Origin: Raillietiella orientalis
Lineage: Eukaryota
Reading direction: 5' to 3'
Assembly (NCBI GenBank): GCA_036172245.1
Contig: JAYWIR010000002.1
Span: 3,534,001 to 3,598,000 of the forward strand
DNA: 64,000 nt
Made by a program: the position numbers and the translations under genes
Part shown: in pieces, positions 12,335 through 26,593 of the stretch
Numbering within the stretch: the first letter of the stretch is position 1
Layout of the letters: each line of letters starts with the position of its first letter
Notes under the pieces: generated by a model
The model's input: the letters and a program-made list of their open reading frames with translations, nothing else
Databases searched by the model: none
What the model was told of the DNA's origin: nothing

Positions 12335-15300
12335 CTTTGTTGCGTAACGCGTGTTCGGGATGCTCTAATTGAAAGTGCCGTTCTCCTAAGCCTCTCCGAC
12401 ACCGCCACCACCGCCTTTTTTTTTTTTTTTTTTTTTTTCTCTCGTGTTTTCGCTTGTTTTTTTTCTCTTTCTTTCTTTTTTTTTTGGGGGGGGGGGGTCT
12501 GTTTATTTATTTATTTTTTATTTTTGTATTTTTTTTTAGCCTTTCGCGGCGAAAGATAATTTCTGGCAGTAACCTACAATGCTGATCAAAATGGCAGTGC
12601 AGATAGTGTGCACGACGTTTCCCTGCAGACGATGCGTCGTCTTCATAGAGCTGCCGCTGCGCTCGTTACTGAATTGGCCTCCTCCTCCCCCTTCCCTCCC
12701 TCCCTCCCTCCCTTCCTCCACAGTAACGAACGGTTCGAGCAGAGGAGCCGCCGTCGGAACCACCACCGCCGCGGATATCCCAGCCGCTTCTTTCCTCCCG
12801 ACTTTTCGCATCCACTGGAAGGCAGCGGCAAGTGCCCGGAAACGGGATTCCCGCAACCAGGGCACACTCAGGGGACCCCGTGGTCGGGCCAAACGGTTTC
12901 CGACGGGGGAAGGGCGCGAAAGAGCGGCGGCGGGTGCGACCTGCACGTGGCCATCGGGTGGCCGGCGGGGCTGGCGTCCGCGCGCTGCCGCCGCACGTGG
13001 TCCTCGAGGAACGCCGGATCCTCGAAAGGGATCCTTCCTCGTGGCTTCCTCCCCCCCCCCGCCCCCCCTTCCACCCTCCGCGATTGGGGGTATCGAACTC
13101 GGCCGGAAGGTAGGTAGGGATGGGGGGACAGTCTCTCGAGTGGGGAGCAAGGAACCGCATTTGGACTGCTCCTCCCGTTTTTCCTCCTCCTGCTCACCGT
13201 TCCACGCCGGGCGGAGTGACTTTGAGCCACGAGTGGTTCACAAGCAGCAAAGTGGGGTGCGGACACACAGTGATATGCACGCAACACACACACACACACA
13301 GCAAATGTATTTGTTCCAATTGAAAAATGATGGATTGTATATGATATGCGCAACGTACGTTCGTGGCATCCGCATGCTTAGCGCTTTGTAATGGATGAGA
13401 TTTACACATGCATAAGCGCGTAAATGATGCAATGCTGTCATGACGACATGTAACCTTAGCCACCTGCAGTGTGTTATTCGAATATACCGCCACAGTGAAA
13501 TTCCTGGCCTTCACGTATGTACCCAGTGAATACAAAGCACTGCGGCGTACCACACGCACAGTGTACAATGAGCGTTTGCGTCGGTGATGCAGTGCCCTAG
13601 TAAGGGATGCATTATCAGGTTACATACATCACATAATTCCATACCGTAAATAGGTCACGCATGCTACGAAAATACGCAGATGGACCGTCGCCGCGGGTAT
13701 TATTTTATCCATACGCAGTGTACAAAACGCAACGCGCGTGCACATCGTACACGTGCACGCTGTGCTTCCTCATCACGAAAAATGTATTCAATGTACGGCA
13801 CGTTTCGCACGGTGCATCCGTGCGGAGGAGCCTTCGGAACGGGAATCGCGATGACTTTCTGTACACCGCGTAGTATATGTAACTGCAATGCGTATGTTCA
13901 AAACACGTGTGTAATGGATCGTGGATGCACAATCAACACCTAGGGTGCACAGAACGCATACGCAGCAGGCCACATTGCCTATGGTTCGGTGCGGATCGCT
14001 CGCACGTGCCGAGGTGTGTGTACACTGTGTATACACACATTCCCGATTCACACCGGCGTGCACGGACAGGGCATGCGCGGTCGAATTACAAGTTCAAACG
14101 CCGCGCGGATCTACGTCTCATTTACCTGGAGCACGGGAAGGGTGATTTTATTTTTCCCGGCTGAAAACAGATGGGCGATCCCGCACATCCCGTGGGTGGG
14201 ACGGAAGCCCAGAGGGTCGCCGCGAAGCGCGCGTGCCGCGGGCACTCTTTTTTTTCTCTTAGCGACTGGGATGAACCCGGAAGACGTACTCGCAAAGGAA
14301 GGAAGGAAAGCCCTCCTCCCCCCCCCCCCCCCGTCCGTTTGTTCGGACGCGGAACGGCGTGCATCCACGAGCGCCGCTCCAGATCGCAGATTCCGGGGAG
14401 GCCCGACTGTTACCTGACTGACCGCCGCTCAGGAAGTCACATGCGTGGGGAGGTGGCGGAGGAGGAGGAGGAGGAGGCCTTGGGTCCGCGAGAGCAGCAG
14501 CAAATGATGATCTTCCACTCACTCACTCCGGTTGGCTGGCACGCAGTGCTTGGAGAAGTGTCCACAACACTGACATACTTTTACTACAGCAGTTTTATCT
14601 CCCTGCATCACTTGGAGATCCAGCACCTGTGTGTTTACTGCCAGTCACTTGACTTTTTTTTTTTTTTTTATCCGCGCCCACCTTTTTGGTGTGCAAAAGC
14701 GGACACGCGTGCACCAATTTCGAAGCCGGAGATCTCTGTTTGCGGTGTGAGCCGAGAGCGCCGCGCCATTTTGAGCGCGGCCGCTCTCTCGGGCAGAAGA
14801 TGGCAGGTGTCGTTCGTCGCTGATCCTTTAAGAGGCCATCGCGTCCCGGAGTCGGACTAAGACGCCCGAGCGCGCTACCCCAGCCCCATTTGCGACCGGA
14901 GTGGAAAGGAGGCACCCCCCTCCGTGGAGGTGTTCCCACACGTTTCCTCAGGTGCCATCAGGAAGGAGATCCCGCTTCCGACACGGGCGCCATCGCGGAC
15001 GTCTTTTTCGGAGGGAAGAAATGTCGTCCAAAGGATCGGCTTCCGGAGTGCCTGCCGGTGCTCCTCCGCCGCCTTCTCCGCTGCTGTTGGGATAGCACCG
15101 CGCCCACTGGTCATCGGGATGCGTTCCCAAGAGCTTCAGGGGTCGCCGCAGCTGCCTCCCATCCACTCGTAGGCCAAGCGAGGAGGAGGAGGCAGACCCA
15201 GTGCTAAAGAATGGATCGGTTGCGTGACTCGTATCCCCCCCCCCCGCACCCCCAGGTGGTCTTCCACGGCATCTGCTGCCGGCACTCCGTTCCGGGCGTG

Positions 15301-17416
15301 AAGACGCTATCAAGAACCAGCATACACGCCAAGGCTGCCATGTGCAGGAAACACCACTGTGCACCGTTCTGGCGAAGGAGCGCGAAAAGAGGTGAAGGCG
15401 TGGAGGGAGGAGCTAGCCAGCGGCATGCACTCATCGTGTCACCAGTTCCAGAAGGCAGCCATGCGTACCGCGTAAAGAAGTGCCCTCATTATTCGTGTCC
15501 TTTTTTTTGGTGTTAGAAGCAGCCACTCGTCCGGTCATCCGTGTGAAACGCAGGGGTTGGTCACTTTTCCCCAGGAGAGCGGTCGTACGCAGAGACTCCC
15601 TCTGCGGCGAGGAGAGTCAGAGCGAGTGACATCTGTGAAGCCACTCGAGGAACTGACCCAACAGGAGGCAGCTCTCCGGGGGAAGGAGGAAGAGGAGGGG
15701 AGGGGGTAGGAATGCGCATGTGGCCACTCCCATGCCGGGGCAGCGGAGGGAAAAGACGGCGAGCCACGTGCACAGCGCTCGTGGGGATCATCAGCAAGCG
15801 TCCCGCCGGGGCGGATGCGGAAGCGTCCTTAATCTCAATCAGGGAGCGGCCGCTGGAAGCTGGACGATTAGCGGCGACGGGGGAGCGGACGCGGAGCGAG
15901 GGGGGGGGGGAGCTGGGAGCTCGGCGCGGAGACGGGTGCCCGCGAGGGAGGGAGGAGCAGGAACACCGCGTCCAGTTCGAAGGGATCTATAAATAGCGGG
16001 AGCCCCGTTCCAGCCAGGGCGCCGCGACGGAAGAGGAAAAAGCGTCAGAGCGGCCCTGATTAATGGTGGCGGCTCCGTGGCGCTGCTCGCGCGCGCGGGT
16101 CGGACGGAAGCGGAGGGGCTCGGGGGGAGAGCCAGATGAGCGCACGGCTGCGAACGGGGGAGGCTGCCCCTGCCGAGCTCTCCGGGCGGCTGCGGCGGCG
16201 CAGCTGTTGCGCCCCTTCGAGGCCACAGGCAGCGGCAGACGCCCGCCCGCTCTGCCGTTGAAGACTCCTGGCGTCAAAACCCCACGCCCTTCTCTCCTCC
16301 TCCTCCTCCTTCCTCCCCCCCCCCCTTCAAAAAAAAACAAAAAAAGGTGCTTTTGCCCGCATGCTCGGAGGCTGCGCGCCTCCCACGGGATCTCGGAAGG
16401 CGCACACCACCCTACGAGGGAAATGAGGGAGTGCGAAGGCAGGGCGGGGGGGAGTGACTCCCTCGGCAAGCCAGGAGCGAGCGGAGCCTTCGCAAGGGCG
16501 GCGGCAGCTGCTCCGCTGCCACCTCTCCCCTCTCCCCCTGGCCAGGAATCCCCCCGTCCGGAAGGTCGCGCGGCGACAAGGAAACGACGTCCGGTCGGAA
16601 CGGAGGGTCCCGTTCGCCCCTTCCCCCCCTAGAAAACTTTGCGAGATGGGCCGCAGGGCGGAGGCTGAACCCTGCGGCCCTTCCTTTTCACCCTCTACTC
16701 GGCGGCCCTCGTGGGCGTCCGCACGCTCGTCCCCGGACGGGCGAGCATTCCGAGCGTGCCGGGGGACCTCCCGCGGTGTTCCCTCGTGGACGCGTCGGCA
16801 ACTGCCGGGCTCCCCGCACCAGGAAGGACCGCCCGCATCCGTCGCCACCAGCGGTCCGGGAGCGCCTGCGTGGGTGGGTGGGGGTGGGGGTGAAGGAGCT
16901 TCCGATCTGCTTCCGGCCGTTCCGAGTCTGCAGAGGCACCCGCGGAGGAAGCTCCTCGGGGGCGTCCTCTCCCCCCCTCCCCTTCTGGGCTGCCAACGAG
17001 CGTCGCTTCGCGCGATTATCGCCGCTGCTCCTCCACTGTTCCTCCCTCGTTGCGCGCACCTCCGCCTATTCTTACGAAAGCGAGGGCCGCAAACCCTGAC
17101 GGCGCCCCCCTCGAGGTCGCGCGTGCGGCTGGAGAACCATCGTGTCTCCCAATGGAGGGCGACAGGACAGCGGCTCCCGGGCCTACAGGCGTAGGCCTCC
17201 CGTCGAACAATCACTGCCTCGGCACCGCAGCGGTCCCCGGACGCTGGGGCCGGGAGGAGGACCTCCTGGCGCCGGTCCTTGCCCGCGAGAACGACCGGGG
17301 GCAGAGCCGAGAGGCGCTGCGCATCCGCGGCCGCCGCCCCCTGTTCTCCCCCACCCACCCGCGTGAGCGGAGGAGACGGCGCACGCGGGAGCGGTGGGGA
17401 CCGCGACCAGGAACTT

Positions 17417-17460
17417 CGCCGCCGTCGCCGCCGCCGCCGCCGCCGCCGCCGCTGCCACCG
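17417..17460. repeat. Imperfect (CGC)n trinucleotide repeat
   Basis: Direct reading. Confidence 0.9.
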
Positions 17461-18359
17461 CCCCCGGGAATGCGCGCGTTGAGTCTCCTTGCTTCCCGGA
17501 AACGCCCTCATCCAGAAGCGCCGTCCCAGGGCACGAGCGACTTCCGGACTCCCTTCCGGCGCGTCCGGCAGCCTCTGGGGAAACCGGTCTCCAAGAGGAA
17601 GGGGGGGGGGGGCAACGCGAGCGCCAGCAGGTGCTGTGGGCGAGGCGGAGAGAAAGGAGGACGCTGCCGGTGAATCGGCAGGGCCGCGTGCTCAAGGTCG
17701 GTGGGACGTTCCCGGGAGCTCCCTGCCTCCGTGCTCGCAGGACGGGAAGGGGGAGGGAGGGGAACGGATAAGGAGGTAGCGCGCTGCGCTCCCCCAGTCT
17801 TCCCCTCCGTCGCCAGCGTCCTCCCTGGCGGGGACGGGACCTGCCCTCCCTTCTTCCGATGCTGCTGCCAGGTCTCCGCCCACCCGGCCTCGGGTCCGCC
17901 TCGGAGGCACCGACACGGGTTCCTCCTCGCCTGTCCCTTCCCCTTCCTCCTGAAGTCTTCCAGACAGAGGAGAGCGCGCGTTGCCCTCGAGGCGTGCGCG
18001 CGAAGGGCAGGGGGTTTCGACTCTGCCGCCTCCCCTTCTGCTTCCTTCCCTCCCCCTCCTCCCCGCCTTCCATCGCCCCGAGGGCAGCTCTTTTGCCCAC
18101 CTTCCGCGGAGGCGGCCGTCTGGGCCGCCGTCGCGGGGAGCAGCGGCAAGGACGGGCCTCGCAGCGTTCGTCCCCGAGCATGCGCGGGCGCGCGCTCCGC
18201 TCCGTGGGCCGGCGGCGGCGGCGCGGCGCGGCGGTGCGAAACGCCGTCGCGATTGTCGCGACGACGAGCGACCGGCGAGGAACCGCGTGATCGCGCCGCG
18301 CGCTCGGCCTCCGCCATTTGCTGCCGCCGCTCGGGTCCGCGAGTGGCGCGCGTGCGGGT

Positions 18360-18362
<3 letters not shown>

Positions 18363-18395
<33 letters not shown>
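18363..18395. repeat. (TCG)11 trinucleotide repeat
   Basis: Direct reading. Confidence 0.93.
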
Positions 18396-18396
<1 letters not shown>

Positions 18397-19611
18397 GAAA
18401 TCCACCCACCCCCTTCCTTCCTTCCTTTCCTTCTCCGTTGGCTTCCGGCATCCTGCTCCTGCCCCCTCCCTTTCCACCCGCGGTGGTACGCGAATCCCCT
18501 GGGCGAACCCACGCGTTTTGCAGCGAGCGCACGCGGGACGCGAGCAGCACGTGGAGACATTGGGCGCGCAAGCACGCGAGACTCCGCAGAACTTCCTTCG
18601 AGGGTCCCCCCACCCCCGGACTCGTGAATCGGTGGGTCTCGTGCGGTGTGTGCACTCTCGCTCTGGATGGTCCTTCCCACGGAGGGCAAGCGAGATACTC
18701 CGCGGAACAAGCGCGCGCTCGGGGAGTTTCACGACGATGGCAGAAGACACGGAGGGACGGATCCCTCCTCCCCTGCCTTGCCCACAAACGCCGTCGGGAA
18801 CCTTCGCCGCAACCTCAGATCCGGGGGAGATCCCTGCCCTCGACGCTCCCCGCAACCCACGCATCACCCACCGCCCCGATCGGTGCGCGCGCGCACGTCA
18901 CGAGCGCGACACGCCGCCGTTGAGGTAGGGACGGTCGACGTTTCCCTGCTCCGAGAAACGGGCCTACGGATGCTCCCGTGGATACGCCGCCGCCGGCAGC
19001 AATGGCTGCTGCCAACTCATCCTGGCCACGAGCAGCGCCCGAAAAACCAACCACTCGATGTTGATGGGCATGGCTGCACCGCGAGTTACGCACAGTGCCT
19101 GCACACACACAGACACACACTCACACACACGTGTTTACAAAAATGTTCGTAACGCTTTCAAATTCAAAGATCGGAGGCCGCAAGTGCGCCGTTTCACAAG
19201 GAGAGAGGCGTACAGGAATCTGACTGGGAGGGAGAAGGGATAGCTGCTTCGATTTCAGTTTACGTTGGCATGTCCCTATCCTCACACGCGATGCGCAGAA
19301 TCTGTAATTGTCTCAACAACGGAATGTAAATGATGGAGGAAAGATCGCTGTTCGAACCGGAAGTGGAAACTGCGGCAAAGCAGCTCCCGTCGAGCCCCGT
19401 GGCTCGTCGTCGCGCCAGCATGCGGACAGCCCACAGCCGTGCCGACGAGTGGAGTCCTGCGAAGAATCTACGGGTGCGGGATGCCCGCCGGATCGCTTGG
19501 GGCTGCTGCGTCTCCTGTTTTCGCTCTTCTGCTTTTGTTTCCTCCTGTCACCTGAGCTCACACTCGTTACGTGTTTTTTTTCCTAGTAGCTGACTGAGTA
19601 AACGCGAAAAT

Positions 19612-19612
<1 letters not shown>

Positions 19613-19664
<52 letters not shown>
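19613..19664. repeat. (CA)26 microsatellite
   Basis: Direct reading. Confidence 0.95.
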
Positions 19665-19668
<4 letters not shown>

Positions 19669-22600
19669 CTCCTAGGTGACGGGCCGCCGCTCCTGATGGT
19701 TGCGCGCTTACGTCACAATGCGCGCAAGAATGGCAAGCCTAAGCGAGCAAGGAGGGAATGCGCACAGTCGTGCATAACTGCAAGCCAGATGGACGCCGTG
19801 AGAGGCTGCCTCCAGCGAAGATAGCAGCATCAGCTCAAGGCGCGTAAGCCAGGGAGCGGTGCTGCTGCTTCGAGCCGAAGCGAGTGGTGCCGATTCGTTC
19901 GAGCAGCAAAAACGAAGGAGCGGGAGCTATCCGGTGAGGTTTTTCCAGTGGGCGGAATAAAAGATGCGTGAGAGTGCGGGGGGTAGTGAGCCTATGGAAT
20001 AATGTGGGACTCGAGGGTGAAGCCCGTAGACATTTTTATTTTTTCGAAAAACGTGCAATGGATTCTCACCGAGCCCAGCCAGCACGTGTCCCAGAATGCC
20101 ACTCACGTGGCGTTTCGATAGCTCGTGGCTGCCAAAAAAGGCATTCAGTAGAATCGATGTGGTGAGGGCTGCGGCGACGGCGGAGGAACTCTGCAGAGGC
20201 GAAGAGACGTTCGTTGAGTTCGGAGAGAAAGATCTGGTGGTGTTCCTTAATGGGAGCGTGTCCCGGAGGACAATCTGCTGCTCTTTGGGGCGGGATGAAG
20301 GAAAATAAATTCCACGGAGAGTTGCACGCATTTGTGGCCGAGGGAAACACGAAGAAGCAGGCTGCTGCTGCTGTTGCCTCCGCCTGGGGTCGGCTGTGGA
20401 AGCAGCGATCCGTTAGGTGCGGGATTGTAGCCATCAGCCGAGTTCACTGAGTTTATGACTCTGTGACGGGGGGTGGCTGGCGGTCGCATTTGTGGATCGC
20501 AGCACCCCGAGGTGCGCCGCAATGGGTGTTGCGGTGCAAGCAAATGACTGCCCATTCAGAAGGAGAGGGTTGGTCCAGAGTCCCTCTGGCAAAGCCTCTT
20601 CCCGGTGGGTGCCGAGGAAGGGGAGGGCTCACACGGCGGCAATGACACGGGAACCGAGGCGGTGGCGGGATAGCAGGCGGCCATTGGATCAGGTGGGCGG
20701 AAGGAAGGGGAGACGTTGCCCATCCCCAAGGCAGCGCCGCCTCCTTCCGCGCTCCAGGCTCTTCGGCATCTTCTCCCGGCAGTTCTTAAGGTACAGCGGC
20801 GGGATCGTGGGGCGGCGGGGAGGAGTAATTCCTGTCTTCCTCCCCTCCCCTCCCTGCCGAGGTGAGCGCGGCCGATGCCGCCGTGAGAGAGAATGGGGAG
20901 GAGGTACGCGCTCTTCCCACAGCGGGGAACGGGAGGAGCTTGCCCTCCCGAAGGAGGAGGGGGGAGGGGGATTAGCACCTGGCGATCGCCGAGAGGATGC
21001 CCTCTCCCCTCAGCAGGCGCCTGCAGTCCGGCTGGCGCCAGCGGGGGCGCACACTCCGGGGATTTTCGCCGGCAGCGGGGGAGAGGCAATCGTACTGTAC
21101 ACGCGAGAGAGAGCTGCGGGGGAAGAGGAGGCGCCCCTCCCCCGTCTTCCAGGAAAGTCGGCTCGGGGTGGCACCGGCCAGGCCGCGCCTCCTGCATCGG
21201 GCGTGCACGGTGACTCCTGGACGCCTCCTCTCGGATCGGGGACAACCTTCAATGCCCCTCCGCAGATTTGTCGTAGGGAGGGAGCGCTTGAGGACCTCAG
21301 GATGCCCTCCCTCACCCCCTCCCCGTCTAGACAGTTCCTTCCCTGGTTCCACAAAAGGGAGGGGGTGAGAAAGCCTTTCAGAGCGTTTGTGATTTCACGG
21401 AGGACAGCAAACCCCAGGCTCGTGGCCCATGGTTGGCTGCCGTCGCCCCTCAGCAAGCGCATCCCCACTCTCAGTAGGGCTGTGAGAGTGGGACGGGGTG
21501 CAATAGGGGTGCAGCGGATTCTTCCTTCCTCCCTCCCTCCTTCCTGCCTTTGGGCGCCCTCGGAGGGGATGGCTGAGGCGCCCCGCGCTGCCTGACGGAG
21601 CGACCTCTGCGTTTTCTCACCGGAGGGCACTAACGACGCGCAGCGGTGCCTCGCACGTTCGTCCGAGAAAGGGGAGGAGCGAGGGAGGAGGCGTTCTCGC
21701 TGACTCTTGCCCCTGTCCTCTCCTCCCCTGCACCCCGGCCCGCGAGACGAACGCCTCGCGTCCTGAACTCTCCAGGGGGATTTCGGAGGGGCATCGCACT
21801 CCTCCGGCCGGTCGGCGGGGCGGGAGGAGGGAGCCGGGCGGGCGATATCCTGGAGGCGTCCCTCGGCAGCTCCTCCCCGTCCCCACGCACCGCTGCCGCC
21901 GCCGCCGCCGGCCCGAGAGGGGTGACGCTCCCGGGATCTGCGTCTGGTCCCGGAGGGCGCGGCCACCGCCGCCTTCGGCCGCCTTCAGTTCGCGACCTGC
22001 CGCTCCCGGGATCCCCTGAGGGAGCTGGCGAGAAGGAGGACTCGAAGGGCGGAAGCCGGGAGCGGGAGCCAGGAGGGTCCGCCGGCGGCGCCGTTTGCGC
22101 GGTCGCTCGCGCGGCGGCCTCCTCCCGTTCCCGGAACTTCACCCTTTGTTCCTGGATCGAGAGGGAGAGGGGGAGAGGCGAGGAGGAGGAGGATGGGGAG
22201 GGAAGGGGGGGAGGCGGAGGAAGCGCGAAATTGGCTCGCGCGCGCGCGTCCCCCTTGGGTAACGAGGAAGATCCCGGACAAAAAGCGTCTCCTCGGGCAC
22301 TCCGCGGGAAGCATGAAAAAAAAAAAAAAGTAGGTGATTGAAAGGCCGGGAAAAAATGGGGCGATTGGCCGGCCCGGCGCGCCTTTCCTTTCACCTCCTC
22401 CTCTTTTCCTCTTTTTTTTTTTTATTGCACGCCAAGTCCAAGCGGGAAAAAAAAGGAGAGGAGGAAGAGCGAAGGGGGACACGACGTTAATCCCCCCGCT
22501 CGGCTTAACTCGCCCCAAAGGGGAGGGGGAGGGGAACGGGGAGCGCACGCGAGTGAGGCGAGGCGGAGGAAGAGGGGCGCATGTAGCGATGGGCGATGGG

Positions 22601-25600
22601 CAGGGTCTTTTTCCTGAGCACCCTCCCTCTTCCCCCCTCTCCCCGTTATCTGCTCCCCCCCTCTATCCCACTCCCACGCGCTCGCGCGAGTTCCACCGCC
22701 CCCCTCCCCTCCCCTGTTTGTTCCTCGTTGGCACACGCGGCAGCGAAACACCTGGCCGACCGATCGACCGGCGGGTCGACCGGTCGTGAAATCCCCAATG
22801 CAGGTGAGCGAGAGCGTTGCCTCGCAGCGGTACGCGTCGCGTCTCTTTCTTTCCTTCTCTTCCTCCCTCCCCCCCTCCGCGGAAGCCAGCCGAACGTTTC
22901 GGGAATCCTCTCTCCGCCCGCTTCCAGACTCACGCGCACGCGCGCGTGCTCCCTGGACAGTGGCGAGGAGCGTCATCCGCGCGGAAGGCTCAGGAGGATG
23001 ACTTTCCTCCCCCCCCCCTCCTTTTCCTCGTACGAAGAGCGCGCGACGCGCATGTGCCTCGGGATTGGCGGCTCGGAAGCGACCGGGGCGCGGAGCCCCG
23101 CAGGCGGGAGCCAGCTCTGCCATCCTTTCCTCGCTTCTCTTCAGCACGCAAACGGCAGCACGGAGTGGTTCCCCCTGCGAGTCGAGGTCTGCCTCCCTCC
23201 ACCCTCCCCTCCCCTCTCCCCCTGGAGGCTTTCGAACGCTTTCCGGGCCGCCAGAGGGGAGGAGGCGTCCGGTAAGGCGCTGGCACACCCGTCCGTTCTC
23301 CGTCCTGGACGACAACGGCGGGGAGGGAAGGGGCTGCTTCCCACTTCCCCTCGGGGTCGCCGTGGGACGAGGCCGCCCGCTTCCGCCGTCGGGAATGCCG
23401 TGGCTTCCCCCCGAGGCACAACAGTGGCAAAGAGAGAGAGAGGGAAAAAGAAGAGGGGGGGAATTGTGTCTCGGAGGCTCCAAGGCGGTGGGTGCGACGA
23501 CGCGCTGCGGGGGGGGGGAGTCCGAGGTTCTCTCCTAGGATGAGTTGGGCGGGCACAGAGGGTGAAAGTGCTCCTGCCTCGCTGGCGACACCCCCCGGGA
23601 GTGAGCATGTGGGGACTGCCCTGGGTCGAGATGCACACACGTAGTTCCAGCCTCACCGGGGGGCGTTGGTGGATGGTGGAGTGCCGCATGCGGACGGTGC
23701 CCCCGGAATTGGGAAGAGAGAGAGAGAGAGAGCCATGGAAAGGGCTGGCAAGGAGGACAACCCTAAGAGAGAGAGAGAAAAAAAAAACTTTTCCTGTCGC
23801 CTAAAAAGAAAAAAAGGAAGGAAGGATGGAGGCGCGTGGAGCCGTACAACGCCGGATCCATCCTTCCGCGTCGGCGAGAACGCACCCCGAGCGGCGGGGT
23901 CAAGCCGAGGAGCTTTCCGGAGGTGCGTCGCTGCGCGCGACGCGAGAAGTGCGCCAGGTGGAGGTGCAGTTGGGAGACTGAGAAGAGGGAGGAGGGCGGG
24001 CGTTTTTTTTGTTCCTTTTTTTGCCGTTTCTCCTCCCGCGGCGACGCAGCGTGTTTCGCTGGTTGCCCGTCGGGTCCCGGTTCCGCTGCCTTCTCCCGTG
24101 CTCCCGTTTCCCTGAGGGAATCGTCCATCCACGCGCGCGCGCCCCCTCTCTCGGCAGAGATTTCGGCGGGCGGACGCGCGGTCTAAAAATACCAACGGGA
24201 CGAGCGCCGCGCGAGAGGCTCATTGTTGCCGCCGCCGCCCCCTCCCCCCCCGCCTCGCCTCTCCCCCTCCCTCCTCCTGTGCGAGCGCCTTCGCTCGCGC
24301 GGGGATTCCATTCTTCCGATTTTCTGACGGATGCACATCGGAAATGGAATCATGTCCGAGGGGAGGGGGGCAGCAGGGTGGGGTAGACCCTTGCCCCGAT
24401 GGTGCTGACCGCTGAAATCAGCGAGGGGCAGGAAAAAAGCGAAAACAAGAAGGAAAAAGCCAGTTCTTTTGGCAGCGTGCACTCCGCTCTCGTGTACGGG
24501 TGAGTATGTGTACGTACGTGTATTCAGCCACGGCAGCAGCAAAAAAAAAAAAAAAAAAACAAAACAAATGAGATCCCTCCCCCCCCCCCCCCTATTCCCT
24601 CTTTCTTAGAGGGACTGCTTTGATCCAGCATGAAATACGAGCGTGGAAAGTTTGCAGATAGCGAACGCCGAATTTCTGCTGCTGACTCAGATATGGCAGC
24701 TTCCATTATCTGTCTGAGAGGGGGGTGAGCTGCTGTCTGCGTGTTTTCCTCCATCCATCCGTTTCCTTTCGCTTTCGAAACTCTCACTTTTTTTTTTTCC
24801 TCCTCCTTTTCTTTCTTTCCCCGAAGCCGATTTCTGCGGGAGCGCTCGCTCGCTCGCCCGCGTGGTGCTCCGCCGCCTTCCCGCCCGCGAAAACGCGGAA
24901 GAGGAACGGCCCTCCGCCCTTGGCGCCCCCGCCTCATTTTACTTCGTCTCTCAAGGGAGGGAAAACTTTTCCTGCATCCCCGCCATCTTTTCCTGAGCAA
25001 AAGGAGCAGCGTACGAAACCGCAATCCACTGACACTAAAAAGAAAACACACACGCGGGGGGAGGGGGAAAGGGGGGGAGGGGAACACATGATGAGGTGTT
25101 ATTTTCGCATCGTCAAGGAAAAAAAAAAAGAAATCCCTGCGCATGATGCATGGCCTGAGCAGATCGCAAAGAAGAGCTATTGCGTTTGGCTTTCGTTCAA
25201 GATGAGCAGCTTCTCGATGAGTACCAAATGCCGCGGCAATCGGGAGGGAGGAGGGGGTTTATCAAACGGGGTGCTGGAAAGGAAAGTGAAGGAGCGAAGA
25301 TGGAAAACGCGCGCGTTCCCCTCCCCCCCCCCATTCCTGGAGATCCGCCGCGCGCGCACCGAGCGAATCTTCTTCGCCCGGTCAGGGGGTGCGCCCGGGA
25401 ATTCCCCCTCCCCCTCCCTCCCTCTGTCGAACCGGGAAGGCAGTTGGCCGCCGTGCCTTGCTTCTCACGACACGGGGGGGGGGGAGGAAAGGGGAGGGGA
25501 GGGGTGTCGTTCCCGGTGCTGGGAGCGAAGGGCGAGCGCGCGCCCGCCGTCCTGAGATCCGGCGCCGCCTTTTTGACCTCCGGAGCGCTGCGGGCAGTAG

Positions 25601-26559
25601 GGATGCTGCTGCTCCTCCTCCTTGCGTTCCTCCCTGCGGATGCTTCCGGGAGAGGCCACCTCCGTGGTGCGGGCACAGCGGTCGTTGGTCCACGCGGACG
25701 GACGGATCCTCCTGGGTTTATCCGGGACGACAACGCGCGCTCTTTCTGCACTGCGGCAATTAGCGCTGGCTGTGCGTTGGCGTTCCCGGAACGGGAGCGG
25801 AACAATGGATGGCGGGCTACAAAGAGTCAAAGGACGTGGCTTGGCCATCGGGATGAATCAACGTATTCAACCATGGAGGGAACGAACGCTCCGCGGCGAA
25901 AAGCCATAAAGGACTCGAAATCGCCGAACGATTCCAGGGTCCACGAAGCCGGAAGAACGTCCACGTTTAAAAAGCCATCCATTCTTTTTTCTTCTTCTTC
26001 TCTCCCCCCCCCCCTCCCCTCTCTTCTACCTATTCCTTCGCCGGAAAAAGTGACGCAGCGTCGCGCTGTTCACCGAATGCGTGGAGAAGACACGCGGTGG
26101 TGACTCATGTGGGCGCTCGCTGACAGATAATTCGATCAGGTTCCTCCTGGGCTCGGGAGCTTTCCGAAACTGCGCGCTATCCGGGACGCCGCCGCCTTCC
26201 TTGAGAGTCTTCTCCCCCCCCCCCTTCCCCCTTCCCTTCCTTCCTTCCTCCATTCGGACTGTGCGGCCTCCTCCAATTCCTGGCGATCACCACCACCTCC
26301 ACCTGGTCCGACGATGTCCGTTCGATGGTCGGGACCGGGGCGCGCGCCCTCAGACCTGGAGGGCCAAACCCACAAGGATGAAAACAAACAGAAAAAAGAG
26401 GAGGAGGGGGGGGGGAAGAGGGAAGAAACGACCATCTCATCCTCAGAGAGACGGACCTCTGGATCCGGGAATGAACTGCAAATGATGGACATTTTCATCT
26501 CGGGGACGGGTCACGGAGGCGATTTCACGCCTCATTTTCGCCGATCGGCTGGAAGTTCC

Positions 26560-26593
<34 letters not shown>

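Noticed and set aside
16327-18928. Stack of 300-530-aa overlapping ORFs on both strands
   Set aside because: Stop-codon depletion at very high GC; Arg/Pro/Gly/Ala-rich translations of triplet repeats, no motif.
19321-19338. GGAATGTAAA...ATGGAG partial similarity to miR-1
   Set aside because: Mismatched middle and no complementary arm to form a precursor.
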